From positions 2,746 to 66,745 of the IMG/VR virus record IMGVR_UViG_3300010403_000025: a stretch of 64,000 nucleotides of DNA; one strand, 5' to 3'. Made by a program: the position numbers and the translations under genes. The notes under the pieces were generated by a model. It was not told the DNA's origin. It was given only the letters and a program-made list of their open reading frames with translations, and searched no databases. This stretch comes from a virus. Of the stretch, positions 48,254 to 57,968 are shown in pieces. Positions within the stretch are counted from its first letter, which is position 1. Every line of letters begins with the position of its first letter.

Positions 48254-48628
48254 ATGGAAATGGGACTGCTCGGCAGCCAGCTTGCTCTGGCGTATCTCTT
48301 CTCTTCACTGATGAAGATTTTTAAATACACGCCATGGTTTCCGTTCATGCAGAAGGAAGCTGCGGTACTGAACCGCATTTTCGCGGCGATCATGGCGCTC
48401 ATTGCGGCTGTGGGTATCCAGTACACCTATGATTCGGTAACGGGCGTCATGACGATTACCGGATTGACGGCAGCGGGTATTGCTACGGGGCTCTGGAGTT
48501 GGTTCGTTCAATTCGCCTTGCAGCAGGGTGCCTTCAAGCTGATTGTTCAGCCGGAAGAACGACGCCAACAGCTCTCGGGAGAGTTACCGAAAACCTCGCT
48601 AACTACTGGTACCGGCGACGGTAAATGA
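48254..48628 (+). CDS. Holin-like membrane protein
   Basis: 124 aa, about 3 TM segments, located in the lysis region. Confidence 0.5.
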   Translation: MEMGLLGSQLALAYLFSSLMKIFKYTPWFPFMQKEAAVLNRIFAAIMALIAAVGIQYTYDSVTGVMTITGLTAAGIATGLWSWFVQFALQQGAFKLIVQPEERRQQLSGELPKTSLTTGTGDGK

Positions 48629-48632
48629 CCCC

Positions 48633-48648
48633 TGTGCACTCAAATACA
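48633..48648 (+). promoter_or_regulatory. Repeated 16-bp motif, copy 3 (TGTGCACTCAAATACA)
   Basis: 15/16 match to copies 1 and 2. Confidence 0.7.
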
Positions 48649-48695
48649 GTTTAGTTTTCCCGCCTCGTAGATACTGATTCCAGAAGGGATTCCGC

Positions 48696-49001
48696 ATGTT
48701 CTTTCGCCAATTACTCAAACAACTCAAACAGGTCAATACGGTGCTGGACCACATCCAGCAGAAAATGGAGACAATGATGGCAACGTTACAGAATTTCAAA
48801 GATCTCTTGGCTGCTGTGGATGCGGAGACCAACCGCATTGCGGCAAAAATTCAGGCATTAGTGGATCAGTTATCGGCGGGCGGAATGTCCGACGCTGAGG
48901 AAGCTGAAGCTTTAGCGGGCCTGAGCGCGGTTGCCGATCGGTTGAAGACGATTGGTGCCGATCCGACAAACCCTGTTCCGACAGAACCGCCAACCATCTA
49001 G
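48696..49001 (+). CDS. Helical hypothetical protein
   Basis: Coiled-coil, Pro-rich tail. Confidence 0.6.
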   Translation: MFFRQLLKQLKQVNTVLDHIQQKMETMMATLQNFKDLLAAVDAETNRIAAKIQALVDQLSAGGMSDAEEAEALAGLSAVADRLKTIGADPTNPVPTEPPTI

Positions 49002-49057
49002 CCGTTCACGGGGGATCGGTGAGTCACTGGTCCCTCGCCTACTCACTGGAGACATTC

Positions 49058-49225
49058 ATGACAACGCTTACCTTGGTCCTCGTCATCATCGTGCTGGCTA
49101 TCGTGATGTGGCTTGTGCCGATGGCTGAGTTTTTCAAGAAACTCATCTATGTCGTGGCACTCGTCTGTCTACTGGTATGGCTGCTTGGGATATTCGGCGT
49201 CGTCGCGCCAGTCGGTCTTCGATAG
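49058..49225 (+). CDS. Small two-TM membrane protein
   Basis: GGAG SD; LVLVIIVLAIVMWLVPM...IYVVALVCLLVWLLGIFG. Confidence 0.65.
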   Translation: MTTLTLVLVIIVLAIVMWLVPMAEFFKKLIYVVALVCLLVWLLGIFGVVAPVGLR

Positions 49226-49475
49226 TGCGCTTCCTGATCTACGTGTGGGCGTGGGTATTCTTGCTTGTCCTCATCCGGCTTGCCGTTAAGGTGTTGGGCT
49301 ACGGTTGATCTACGTTCCTACCATCCGCGCGAAGGCTGTGTCGAGTTAGGTAAGTACGAACTCAGCGCGAAATGTCTGCGTTGTGGTCAATCCATTGCGT
49401 ATCGCGAACTCACCCGACTGGCGCTGTGGAAAGAAATTCTACGCGCGTTCATTAAAAAACATAGAAGGTGCGAGT

Positions 49476-49838
49476 ATGCCACGTCTCAAGATTAACGCTG
49501 CTGTCCTAGCGGTACTGCTCTTAACATCGTGCGCGATGCCGCGATTGCACCCAGGAGCGGTATCGAAGCTCGACAGCCAGGTCTACGACACGCTTCTGAT
49601 TGCTCAAGCCGTCATCGATCAAGCCCGCGTTGAACTCACCGCAGGGACGCTTCCAGAGGCCTTAAAACCCGCACTCATGCGACTCATCGACTCGTACAAC
49701 GTCGCTAGAACGTCGTGGCTGACTTACCGGAACGCGGTCAAGGCCGGGCAGACAGCGGATGCCTCAGGAATGAATCGGACAATTGCGATTCTCAGCGCGG
49801 CACTGGATAGCTTTCAGAGTTCAAGGAGTATTCCATGA
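49476..49838 (+). CDS. Lipoprotein (possible spanin-like role)
   Basis: Lipobox LLLTS|C after a basic N-terminus. Confidence 0.65.
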   Translation: MPRLKINAAVLAVLLLTSCAMPRLHPGAVSKLDSQVYDTLLIAQAVIDQARVELTAGTLPEALKPALMRLIDSYNVARTSWLTYRNAVKAGQTADASGMNRTIAILSAALDSFQSSRSIP

Positions 49839-50032
49839 ATCCCGCCATTTGGAGCATCATCCAACTCGCCATTGCGATCGCGAAAAGCCAGGTATCGTTC
49901 ACGGCGGCAGATAAAATCGACGAAGCCACAGCCTTAGGACGTATCGCGATACTGGCCAGACAAGCTTATAAGGATCAAGTCGGTAAACCGCTGGACGAGG
50001 CACTGATTAAACCGGAAGCGCCGATACAATGA
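49835..50032 (+). CDS. Small hypothetical protein
   Basis: Coupled to both neighbours. Confidence 0.55.
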   Translation: MNPAIWSIIQLAIAIAKSQVSFTAADKIDEATALGRIAILARQAYKDQVGKPLDEALIKPEAPIQ

Positions 50033-50562
50033 GAGGAGTCCAATTGAAATTAATCTCTGGCCTCGTTTTGTTTTTGTGCATTACCGCTACCGCATTCGCT
50101 CAAGGCCAACCCAGCATCCAACAGCGAATCGAACGTCAAGCCGAGCGCTATCAGGCTGGTGTACGGACGGGAGTCGCGCTCGATCCGGAATTGATATTGG
50201 TCGGCGTGCAGGCGCAGCTCGGCCCGATATTCAAGTCCGGCATCACCTTCCGTCCCAGCGTGGAGTTTGCCTACGGTGAAGTCACATCAATGTTCGGCTT
50301 CAATGGGGAATTGCTGTATCACTTTAAGCAAGCGGAAGAACGCTGGACGCCATACGCCGGTGCTGGTATCGGCATCAACCTGCTTCACGAAAACTTTCAA
50401 CGCAAGGCGAAGCGTATTGACTTCGGGGACTTTCACAGCGACACGGCGCTAAGCATCGTTGGTGGCATGCAGAACCGTAATGGGCTTTTCGCAGAGCTGC
50501 GGACGTCGATTTACTCCGATCCGTCGCCGACGTTACGTGTGGTAATTGGATACAACTTCTAA
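50029..50562 (+). CDS. Outer-membrane beta-barrel protein (8-stranded OmpA/Lom-like)
   Basis: Signal peptide ..TAFA|Q, PYAGAGIG, C-terminal VVIGYNF. Confidence 0.8.
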   Translation: MRGVQLKLISGLVLFLCITATAFAQGQPSIQQRIERQAERYQAGVRTGVALDPELILVGVQAQLGPIFKSGITFRPSVEFAYGEVTSMFGFNGELLYHFKQAEERWTPYAGAGIGINLLHENFQRKAKRIDFGDFHSDTALSIVGGMQNRNGLFAELRTSIYSDPSPTLRVVIGYNF

Positions 50563-50565
50563 CCT

Positions 50566-51024
50566 GTGATTAGCTCACGCCTCATTTCTGACCTCGATCC
50601 GGACGCGGCAACCATCTGCAACGCGCAGGTCTTCAAGTGTCATCGGGCTGGAATTGAATTGCTCATCACGTCCACCTATCGAGACTATTTGGCGCAAGAT
50701 CAACTCTACGCGATCGGGCGTACGATTCAGCCCGACCGCCGTCCCGTGACAAATGCTCGCGCCGGACAGTCGTGGCACAATTTCCGCGCGGCCTGGGATG
50801 CCGTCCCGCTCATTGGTGGCAAATGTGTATGGGACGAGCGCGACCCGTTATGGAAAGAAGTCGTCAGGATCGGGAAAGAATGCGGCGCCGAAGCTGGTGC
50901 CGATTGGCCATTGTTCCGCGATCTACCCCACTTCCAATTTCTGCCAAAACTACGGCAAGGTGTGCTGAGTCTCGCTGAAGCACGCACCCGTTTCGATGAA
51001 CACGGCACGATCTTTACCGCTTAG
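50566..51024 (+). CDS. Endolysin, M15 family peptidase (L-Ala-D-Glu type)
   Basis: STYR....QD.LYA.GRT...VTNARAGQSWHNF..AWD...DLPHFQ. Confidence 0.92.
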   Translation: MISSRLISDLDPDAATICNAQVFKCHRAGIELLITSTYRDYLAQDQLYAIGRTIQPDRRPVTNARAGQSWHNFRAAWDAVPLIGGKCVWDERDPLWKEVVRIGKECGAEAGADWPLFRDLPHFQFLPKLRQGVLSLAEARTRFDEHGTIFTA

Positions 51025-51467
51025 CGGTCAATCACCAATAACCGTGTATAGGTCTGCAGCGGTGTTTCCAACCCTCCATGATTCGGGCTCACTGCGATAT
51101 TCAACCGGTTGGGATGCTTAATCACGATCGGCATCGACTGTCCCTGTAAGCCTTCCCCATACCCTCCCACGATTGGAAAGAATGTGCGCGTAGCTGTCGC
51201 CTGGATTAGATCCACGCACCGAGGACAGCCAAGCATTGCACCCGTAACCGGATCGCGATACGGGGCATACGGTGCGAAATCCAGCCAGACGGCAATATGC
51301 AACTCCGGGCGCGATGCCTCAATTGAAAAGCTTGCTTGAAGGATCACCCACGTCTTGTCTTGTGGTGGTTGAACGTCAATCATTTTGTCCGTACCGCTCA
51401 AGAGCTTGTCTACATTGATCGGGCAGGCAAGAGACATCTCATCCCAGAAAGTGCTTCCCAGACTCAA
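51021..51467 (-). CDS. Hypothetical protein
   Basis: Convergent with endolysin; start uncertain. Confidence 0.5.
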   Translation of the reverse strand: MSLGSTFWDEMSLACPINVDKLLSGTDKMIDVQPPQDKTWVILQASFSIEASRPELHIAVWLDFAPYAPYRDPVTGAMLGCPRCVDLIQATATRTFFPIVGGYGEGLQGQSMPIVIKHPNRLNIAVSPNHGGLETPLQTYTRLLVIDR

Positions 51468-51679
51468 TTAAAAGTCACCCACTGAATTCTTAATCACACA
51501 CTAATGTAAATAGTCTTTTAATTCCTCGCGCACCTGTTTCAGATACGCTTCGTACTTCTGACATTCCTTGCAACCCACCATCTTCTTCGTAAGACCATGC
51601 TCTTTTTGCAGATGCTTTATAAATTTAAGATTTCGCGCTCTTATCTCTGGCATCGTCTCCAGTGAAAATTTACGGGCTT

Positions 51680-52123
51680 TCATTGGAAAGTCACCCATTG
51701 ATTCTTGACTACACACTGAAACCGCCGTGCGACCATCTGCGTTTTATCGATCGGAATTTCATGGTCCTGCTTACACGCTTCGCAATGAAACACATGCAAC
51801 TTCACGCGCATGGCTTTCTTGTACTCGCCTCTCGGCTTGGCACGCAAATATAAAGCGTTGTATTTCCGAATCTCCTGCTCGTAGTCGATCCCATAGCACT
51901 TCGCAAACGCTTTCTTCCCGATCGTGTGGTACAGCCGGTGCAGCCAATCGGCAAAGGGTAGAGCTCGGGAATCATCCGGCTTCGTTCCCATACCTCCATG
52001 TCCGTCTTCTCGGATATGGTTCGCTTCGATTTGAGTGGAGACGTTCGTTATGCAGCAGGGCTGTGTTCTTATAAATTTAAGGTAAGCTTCGTCGCGGTGC
52101 CGAATGGGTTTACTCAGGTTCAC
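51680..52123 (-). CDS. DUF968/HNH-like putative nuclease
   Basis: YLKFIRTQPCC...EANH.....GGMGTKPDD..ALP. Confidence 0.75.
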   Translation of the reverse strand: MNLSKPIRHRDEAYLKFIRTQPCCITNVSTQIEANHIREDGHGGMGTKPDDSRALPFADWLHRLYHTIGKKAFAKCYGIDYEQEIRKYNALYLRAKPRGEYKKAMRVKLHVFHCEACKQDHEIPIDKTQMVARRFQCVVKNQWVTFQ

Positions 52124-52730
52124 TTGCGGCCTCGGCCTTAAGTTCTTGCAATACCCGATACCAATTGAGAGCACGTTTCCAGCACGCTGCAGCCTTGATT
52201 GGGTCGAATTCCCGCCACATATACCCATCGCTATATTTCGGGTTGATGTGCAGAATCGCCAATCCATCAACGGACTCGGTCAGCATCGAATAATAAGCTC
52301 CGAGTTGTAGAATCCATGTCTTTTCCGCCTGACTCGTCGCCTTCAAGTCCACGATATATTTCTTGCCATTCATCCATAACAGCCAGTCGAGCGTGCCTGC
52401 CGTGCGTTCTACGTCGCACCACACGATTCTCTGAGCATCAATTAACTGCGGTCTTGCATAGAGCCACCATCGCTCTAAGCATTCCAGGCGGTCTAACACA
52501 TCTTGGCGTTCGTCTGGATCGGTCGTCACGGTTCCATGCTTGAGCAATTCCGTACCGTAGGCTTCCAGCCGCATTCCCCGATCCGCAGCACTCTTTAAAA
52601 TCGCCTCATTTACACCGTCAAACGATTTCTTGATTAGTGCATAAATCACCTTCGACACAGACACCAGCGGCTTCCCTTCGAGCGTGTACGAATGCTGAGA
52701 ATGATCCAGGATTGGCTGTACGGCGCTCAT
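52110..52730 (-). CDS. PD-(D/E)XK exonuclease-like protein
   Basis: H.Y...G....SVS, AGTLD......IVDLKAT, QLGAY; adjacent to ERF. Confidence 0.8.
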   Translation of the reverse strand: MSAVQPILDHSQHSYTLEGKPLVSVSKVIYALIKKSFDGVNEAILKSAADRGMRLEAYGTELLKHGTVTTDPDERQDVLDRLECLERWWLYARPQLIDAQRIVWCDVERTAGTLDWLLWMNGKKYIVDLKATSQAEKTWILQLGAYYSMLTESVDGLAILHINPKYSDGYMWREFDPIKAAACWKRALNWYRVLQELKAEAASEPE

Positions 52731-53509
52731 GCCAATTTCAAGGTCTTCGCGTAGGCTAATGCTTCGTCGCGTATCTTGAACCATCCTGACGCGGGAATTC
52801 GGCTAGCGGAGCCTCGCTTCCCATCTTTGTCCACGTAGCCTCGAGACTTGAGCCAATCGTAGAGTTTGTCGTCCGCTTCCAGCGCTTTTTCAGGATGGTA
52901 TTGCTCGATTTCTTTACGAAATTGCTTATGCAGATTCGCTGCTTGGCCGGCCGTGATGTACTCGATGGAGACTTTCAGATCCTCAATTAATCCCGAGTCC
53001 GCGACCTTGCCAAGGTCAGCACTATTGCTTGGCGGTTCCTTTACAAGAGGTAAGCCAACGGACTCGGAAACTTTATTGCCGAAGGTCCTTGGCTCAGCCG
53101 CACGCTTCGGCTCTGCATTCCCTGAAGCGGCGTTTCCATCATCGTCTTCGGTAGCAATTCCCGTAATCGCAGCGAGTTGGTAGCGGCGGGCGTAGGTTAT
53201 GGCTGAACCGATGCCTTGAGGATCCGCCTTTACTGGATTCATCGTGAGCGTTCCGGCAATCCATTCACCGCTGGAATGCAGAAGGACGCTGGTGACGCAC
53301 GGCTTACCTTCACTGTCAGTTTCCGGTAGTTGAATGACGGCTAACCCGTGATCCGAAAGCGGTCCTTGGCACGCCTCACGCACGCTCGCCAGATCCGCAT
53401 AGTTGCTTTTGAAAAACGGATTGGATGAATCCTTAATCGCGTTCTTCATTTCCTTCTGAGCTTTGCTTAAGGCATCCGCAAGTTTGGCAATCGACTCGGA
53501 CTTAATCAC
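52727..53509 (-). CDS. erf: ERF-family single-strand annealing protein
   Basis: NPFFKSNYADL, H.SGEW, PQGIGSAITYARRY, EDDDGN. Confidence 0.93.
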   Translation of the reverse strand: MIKSESIAKLADALSKAQKEMKNAIKDSSNPFFKSNYADLASVREACQGPLSDHGLAVIQLPETDSEGKPCVTSVLLHSSGEWIAGTLTMNPVKADPQGIGSAITYARRYQLAAITGIATEDDDGNAASGNAEPKRAAEPRTFGNKVSESVGLPLVKEPPSNSADLGKVADSGLIEDLKVSIEYITAGQAANLHKQFRKEIEQYHPEKALEADDKLYDWLKSRGYVDKDGKRGSASRIPASGWFKIRDEALAYAKTLKLA

Positions 53510-53669
53510 GCTGTCTCCTTCTCCTGCACCGCCTTCGGCTTTCGAATTCTTGGTCGCTTCTGCGATAACGTCGCCTTGGCAAAACGAATGAGTTGCTCCA
53601 ATTGTTCAGGCGAACTGTTGGCGATCGTCAGCATCAACTGTTCGTGAGGGGTCAATAATGTTTTTCGGC

Positions 53670-54161
53670 TCATTCTGTTCCTTTCCCTTTTTCACCTACT
53701 GAATCCAGCATGTCGAAGATTGAATAGTCTTCCGCTTCGGGATCACGATTGAGTAATTCCTTGATCTGTGCCTGCGCCGCCTTGTTGTTCCATGTGTCTT
53801 TTACTGATGCGTGCAAGCCGTTTTCATAAGTCGCGGGGTCGCATCCTAAGGCTTCGCGACATTCCTTAGGCTTGACTGCATGGATAGAGCATTCTCCTTT
53901 TTTATAAAACACACATCGTCCGCGTGGATTGCCTGGAAATTCCGACCCCGGCGTATAGCCTTTGATTGCTGGCGAGAGAAGAAATACGTTAGGCTCGTCA
54001 ACCCACCAGTCCACCATGAGGTATTTGGTGAACAGATCCTTGAGCGACATTTCAAGATGTTTCGCCACCAGCTCCGCTTCACCAAAGGCAAACCATCCCG
54101 GCTTCTGCTCGCACGCGGCACGGCAGTCAGTACATTTACAATCACGCGCCTTTTTCTTCAT
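53670..54161 (-). CDS. YkgJ-like Cys-cluster (Zn/Fe-S) protein
   Basis: CKCTDCRAAC...CVF....CSIH..KP.ECR. Confidence 0.75.
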   Translation of the reverse strand: MKKKARDCKCTDCRAACEQKPGWFAFGEAELVAKHLEMSLKDLFTKYLMVDWWVDEPNVFLLSPAIKGYTPGSEFPGNPRGRCVFYKKGECSIHAVKPKECREALGCDPATYENGLHASVKDTWNNKAAQAQIKELLNRDPEAEDYSIFDMLDSVGEKGKGTE

Positions 54162-56183
54162 GTTGTTGTCCTTTCAACTTGCTCGCAGCGCCTTGCGGCT
54201 TCTGGCGATGTGTTCACTAATTCAGAAGCGTACTGGCAATATTGGCAGCCACACACCGGCAGATCCTCGACGCCAGCGAGTTTCAGCACTGCATAATGTT
54301 CGTGGCTCATCGCTGCAAAATGCCGCGCCCGTTCCCGCAACTGGATCTTCTGCACCGTCACCGCCAGTCCTTCAAATCCTAACGCTTCGATGTCTTTTAA
54401 ATCTTTCACGGCAAGTTCGTGTTCTGCTAGCCAGGCATTGAAATAATGCCGCGACTGAAACACGATCTCGTCGAGTCGGCGTCGGGCTTCACGGTCGCTG
54501 ATGTCGCTTGCCCGACGTAATTTCACTCGCTGGCTTAACTCTTCCGACACTTCAATGATTTTGCTGTCATCACTCATGCGCGTTTCCTCTGCTGTCCTTT
54601 ACAGTCTTCACAGAAAAACCGATGCGCTCCTCGGCCAGGATAGACGGCCGCTGTATCCGCTGATCCCTTGCGAGCCGCTTTCGCTCGGCGTTGTGACCGT
54701 CGCATCGCTGCCGTGCAGCCATCGCATTCAAAGATCACCAAGCAATCCTCGCAGCGGTGATACCGGACATTCGGAGCGAAGATGGTGGGTTCGTGGTTCA
54801 ACGTGTGCTCCTTCCTGAAAAAGCGGGCGATTGGCGGTCTCGCCCTTCCCTGTTTGGACAAAACTGCTTTCCCTGCTGGATTATTACGTCCTGAGTCGCG
54901 CTTTGCTTTCGCAGGTTGGCACCCATTCGCGTACCAGCAGGGAAACTTAAAAGTCGGTGCTGAACGGGAATGTCGTGTAACCGGCGTAAATCTACGCAAA
55001 CGGATGCCCGTTCGGTCTTATACGAACCATTCCTGCCCGCAGTGCGGGCACTTCACGCTCGATTGTTCTTCATCCATCACTGGCATAAGGGACCCGCATA
55101 TAAGACAGCGCGGCTGACTGCACAAATAATCCAACGGGCAATGTCTTCCCGATTTCGCTGGCTCTCCGTCTCGGATCTGCGGGCACAGCAACCAATTGCA
55201 ATCCCCATCTTTTGCGGCGTGACAGATGCTCAATGTGTACCTATCTGACGCCGACTCCTTTATCGGTTTCTCTTGTCTCGGCTCTCGCTCTTTCGCTGCG
55301 AGACGGACTGCGCGACTGTTCGACAAAGTTCGATAGCTCATTCTTCATCTCCAGATGGATCAAACGGATTCGGATGTACCTGGTTTGTGAACCACTCTTC
55401 ATCGCCACTTCCACCGCAATATGGGCACCAGATCCGCTGTTCTTCCGGTGTCGGATCGTGATCCGCCTCGTCGACAGATAATGCTTCTCGATACCTGAGG
55501 CTTTTCATTGGCCATCCACTTCCGCGATTACTTTTGCCGCTTCCCTACGTGCCGCTTCAAGTCTTGTCTGAAACTCCGCCGTGGTGGCACATCCCGCCGT
55601 GTGAATGTCGTAAAATTCCTTACAGATATCGAGTAATGTCGGCGCATTGGCGATGAGGCGAGCGTCCGCGCTAGGTGGCTTATCCCACCAAAAGCGACAC
55701 AGTACATCGGGACCATTCAATGTAAATTCGGTGACCTTGCCGTCGCCTACTACCTTCTCCCACGTCCACGGTGCCGGTGTGTGGCGACTCTTCATTGCTT
55801 CAGCTTCCCGATAAGGTCTTCGATGATTTCCTTATGCGACTGCGTATTGATTTGCTGGCTGGCGAGCGCGCCCTTGATGAATGCGATCTGAATGTGAGTG
55901 CGTAGTGGCTCGGGGTACATGGCAGCACATTCCTCAGATGCCGCGATAATCGCATCCGCGTCACGAGCGCCCAGGTTGAAACAGAACTGGCTGTTCATTT
56001 AAATTCACTCAGCCACCAAGCTATTACGAAAACAATGCCGCCGAGCACCATGCAGACGTACATCACGATTTCAAGAACGCGGTCCCAGCGATCCAGCCGC
56101 CGCCTGCAATAAGGGCAATTCTCGCCAACATGCGGAATGCTGATAAATGATTCCTTGCAATGAGGACACGTCTGATTGTTCAC
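54158..56183 (-). other. Run of small early-left hypothetical genes
   Basis: Tightly packed minus-strand ORFs (54158, 54574, 55018, 55505, 55792, 55995), several with CxxC pairs; exact starts uncertain. Confidence 0.55.
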
Positions 56184-56325
56184 TCGATTTCCTTCCTCAA
56201 CTTCTCAATCACGCTCAACACCCGTTCCCGATTACCGCCGCGTTCATCCCGCAGGCCGTCGCCCTGTTCGCAGACCCCACGTCTGTTACTCGGACCTGAG
56301 TTGGAGTGTTTAAGCATACTGCGGA

Positions 56326-56354
56326 ATCATGCCATAGCTGGCAGGATCGTGCAA
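56326..56354 (-). promoter_or_regulatory. Leftward early promoter with operator TGCCA-N4-TGGCA
   Basis: Minus strand TTGCAC-17-CATGAT; dyad at 56330-56343. Confidence 0.75.
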
Positions 56355-56388
56355 GCACTTTTAATTGCCTAACATTTATATTTAGTGT

Positions 56389-56766
56389 ATGAGTGATGAG
56401 CGAAAGACGAAAATGCCTCTCTCGGTCAAACAATTAAAAGCTGAGACCGCCAAGCGCCTCAGGGATTTGAGACGCACGGCAGCCCACGATCTCAGTCACG
56501 CGGCTGTTGCCAAACAGGCCAGACAAGAAAAAAATATTAAGATCGCGCCGAGGACCATTTACGACTTAGAACGGGAAAGCCACAATCCACGGCTCAGCTC
56601 ACTTCACCAGCTGTTGCTCATCTACAATACAAGCCTAGGGGATTTCTTTCATTTCACGAGGACTTCCGAGGAAGGCCGGATCGTTGGTGAGTTCCTTGAA
56701 CTCTATCGACGCCCTGGCAAAGAGAAGCAATTCAGGGCACTGTTCGATATCATGAAAGAACAGTAA
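56389..56766 (+). CDS. XRE-family HTH repressor
   Basis: RLRDLR....LS...VA...IYDLERESHNPRLSSL; leaderless (TATATT-6-ATG). Confidence 0.8.
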   Translation: MSDERKTKMPLSVKQLKAETAKRLRDLRRTAAHDLSHAAVAKQARQEKNIKIAPRTIYDLERESHNPRLSSLHQLLLIYNTSLGDFFHFTRTSEEGRIVGEFLELYRRPGKEKQFRALFDIMKEQ

Positions 56767-56978
56767 GCGTTTGCTCTCGACATTTAAAATACGGTAGAAA
56801 CGTTCCGCTCACATTCAAACACAGTTCAACGAGAAGGAATTTTCGTTATGCCTGAGCGCGATTTGCAGTTCATCCTCGCACACGCCTCCGAATACCCCGC
56901 TGTGGCCACATTAGTTAAGGACATTCTTGCGGCAGCCGCCAAATTTATCAGGGCAAGAAAAAAAATGAAAGCACATGA

Positions 56979-57007
56979 TTGCATGATCGTGCCAGATGTG
57001 GCAGAAT
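56979..57007 (+). promoter_or_regulatory. Rightward early promoter with operator TGCCA-N4-TGGCA
   Basis: TTGCAT-17-CAGAAT; dyad at 56990-57003. Confidence 0.75.
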
Positions 57008-57016
57008 GCCGCAAGC

Positions 57017-57253
57017 ATGGGCGGACCGACTATATCTCCACAACTAAGACGACGGTGGGCAAGCATCATCCAAGGCCGAAGAAATGAACTCGGCTGGACC
57101 CAGGAAGATTTAGCCCGCAAAGCCGAACTTACACTGTCCTATATCCAGAAAATCGAAAACGCCGTAAGTGGCAGCCAGCATGTCATCGATAAGCTGTTGA
57201 CGTTGCTGGCGGCAGAGACTCGTCCGAATGGCAAGGGGCGGAGGTCAGCCTGA
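57017..57253 (+). CDS. Cro-like XRE HTH protein
   Basis: RRNELGWTQEDLARKAELTLSYIQKIEN. Confidence 0.85.
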   Translation: MGGPTISPQLRRRWASIIQGRRNELGWTQEDLARKAELTLSYIQKIENAVSGSQHVIDKLLTLLAAETRPNGKGRRSA

Positions 57254-57630
57254 TGTTCTATGTCTATTTTGCCCAGAAGCATCTAACGGATCACTTCAAG
57301 GTAGGACGAACGTACTGCCTGTATGACCGGCTTGAACAATTACGGATCAGTACGAAAGCGCGAGTCCATTTGCATTCTGTATTGCGGACACATAACCGCT
57401 GGGCCGAGAAGGTATTCCATAAAATTCTAGCCCCGCGTCAGATTGTCGGTGAATGGTTCCGCCTTGAATATCGGGAGTCGGAGCGCGTGATTGACTATTT
57501 CTTGGAGCACGAAGAATTGCTGACGAATACCTATCAGCAATGGTCAACGACTCCAGTGTGGCAACGTGAAGGAATGACATTCACGTTTTCGCCGAAATGG
57601 ATTGTCCTTAATCAACGAAAGACTGCCTAA
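57253..57630 (+). CDS. GIY-YIG (T5orf172-like) protein
   Basis: YVYF......FKVGRT....RL.QL...E..FH......GEWF. Confidence 0.85.
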   Translation: MFYVYFAQKHLTDHFKVGRTYCLYDRLEQLRISTKARVHLHSVLRTHNRWAEKVFHKILAPRQIVGEWFRLEYRESERVIDYFLEHEELLTNTYQQWSTTPVWQREGMTFTFSPKWIVLNQRKTA

Positions 57631-57645
57631 AAGGAAAGCCGGGGC

Positions 57646-57900
57646 GTGAGCGAACTCCTTGCCGTTTCCGATGCTGCCAAAGAATCGAAGATGTCGGAAG
57701 GGTGGATCAAAAAAGAGATCCGCGAAGGCCGGCTGATCGCTCGAAAGTTCGGGCGGAAAACGCGCATCGAGCGTGAAGAATTTGAACGCTGGATCAAGCG
57801 CCAGCCGATGAAATTTGTAGTGACTGCTTCGGTAAAGGCGGGGTCGCATGTGGTATCGGGCAGTTTTCAAGTCATTGAAAAGTCCGTGAGGGTCGGGTGA
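57646..57900 (+). CDS. Excisionase-like HTH protein
   Basis: LLAVSDAA......IKKEIREGRL.ARKFGRKTRI...E..RW. Confidence 0.8.
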   Translation: MSELLAVSDAAKESKMSEGWIKKEIREGRLIARKFGRKTRIEREEFERWIKRQPMKFVVTASVKAGSHVVSGSFQVIEKSVRVG

Positions 57901-57968
57901 CGATCGATAACAAACGGCAAGGTGACTGTACAATCCGGACGCTCCTACCTGCGCAAAATGCCAATGAT

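Noticed and set aside
52110-52730. Cas4 as part of a CRISPR system
   Set aside because: No Fe-S Cys set, no other cas genes or array; adjacency to ERF indicates a recombination exonuclease.
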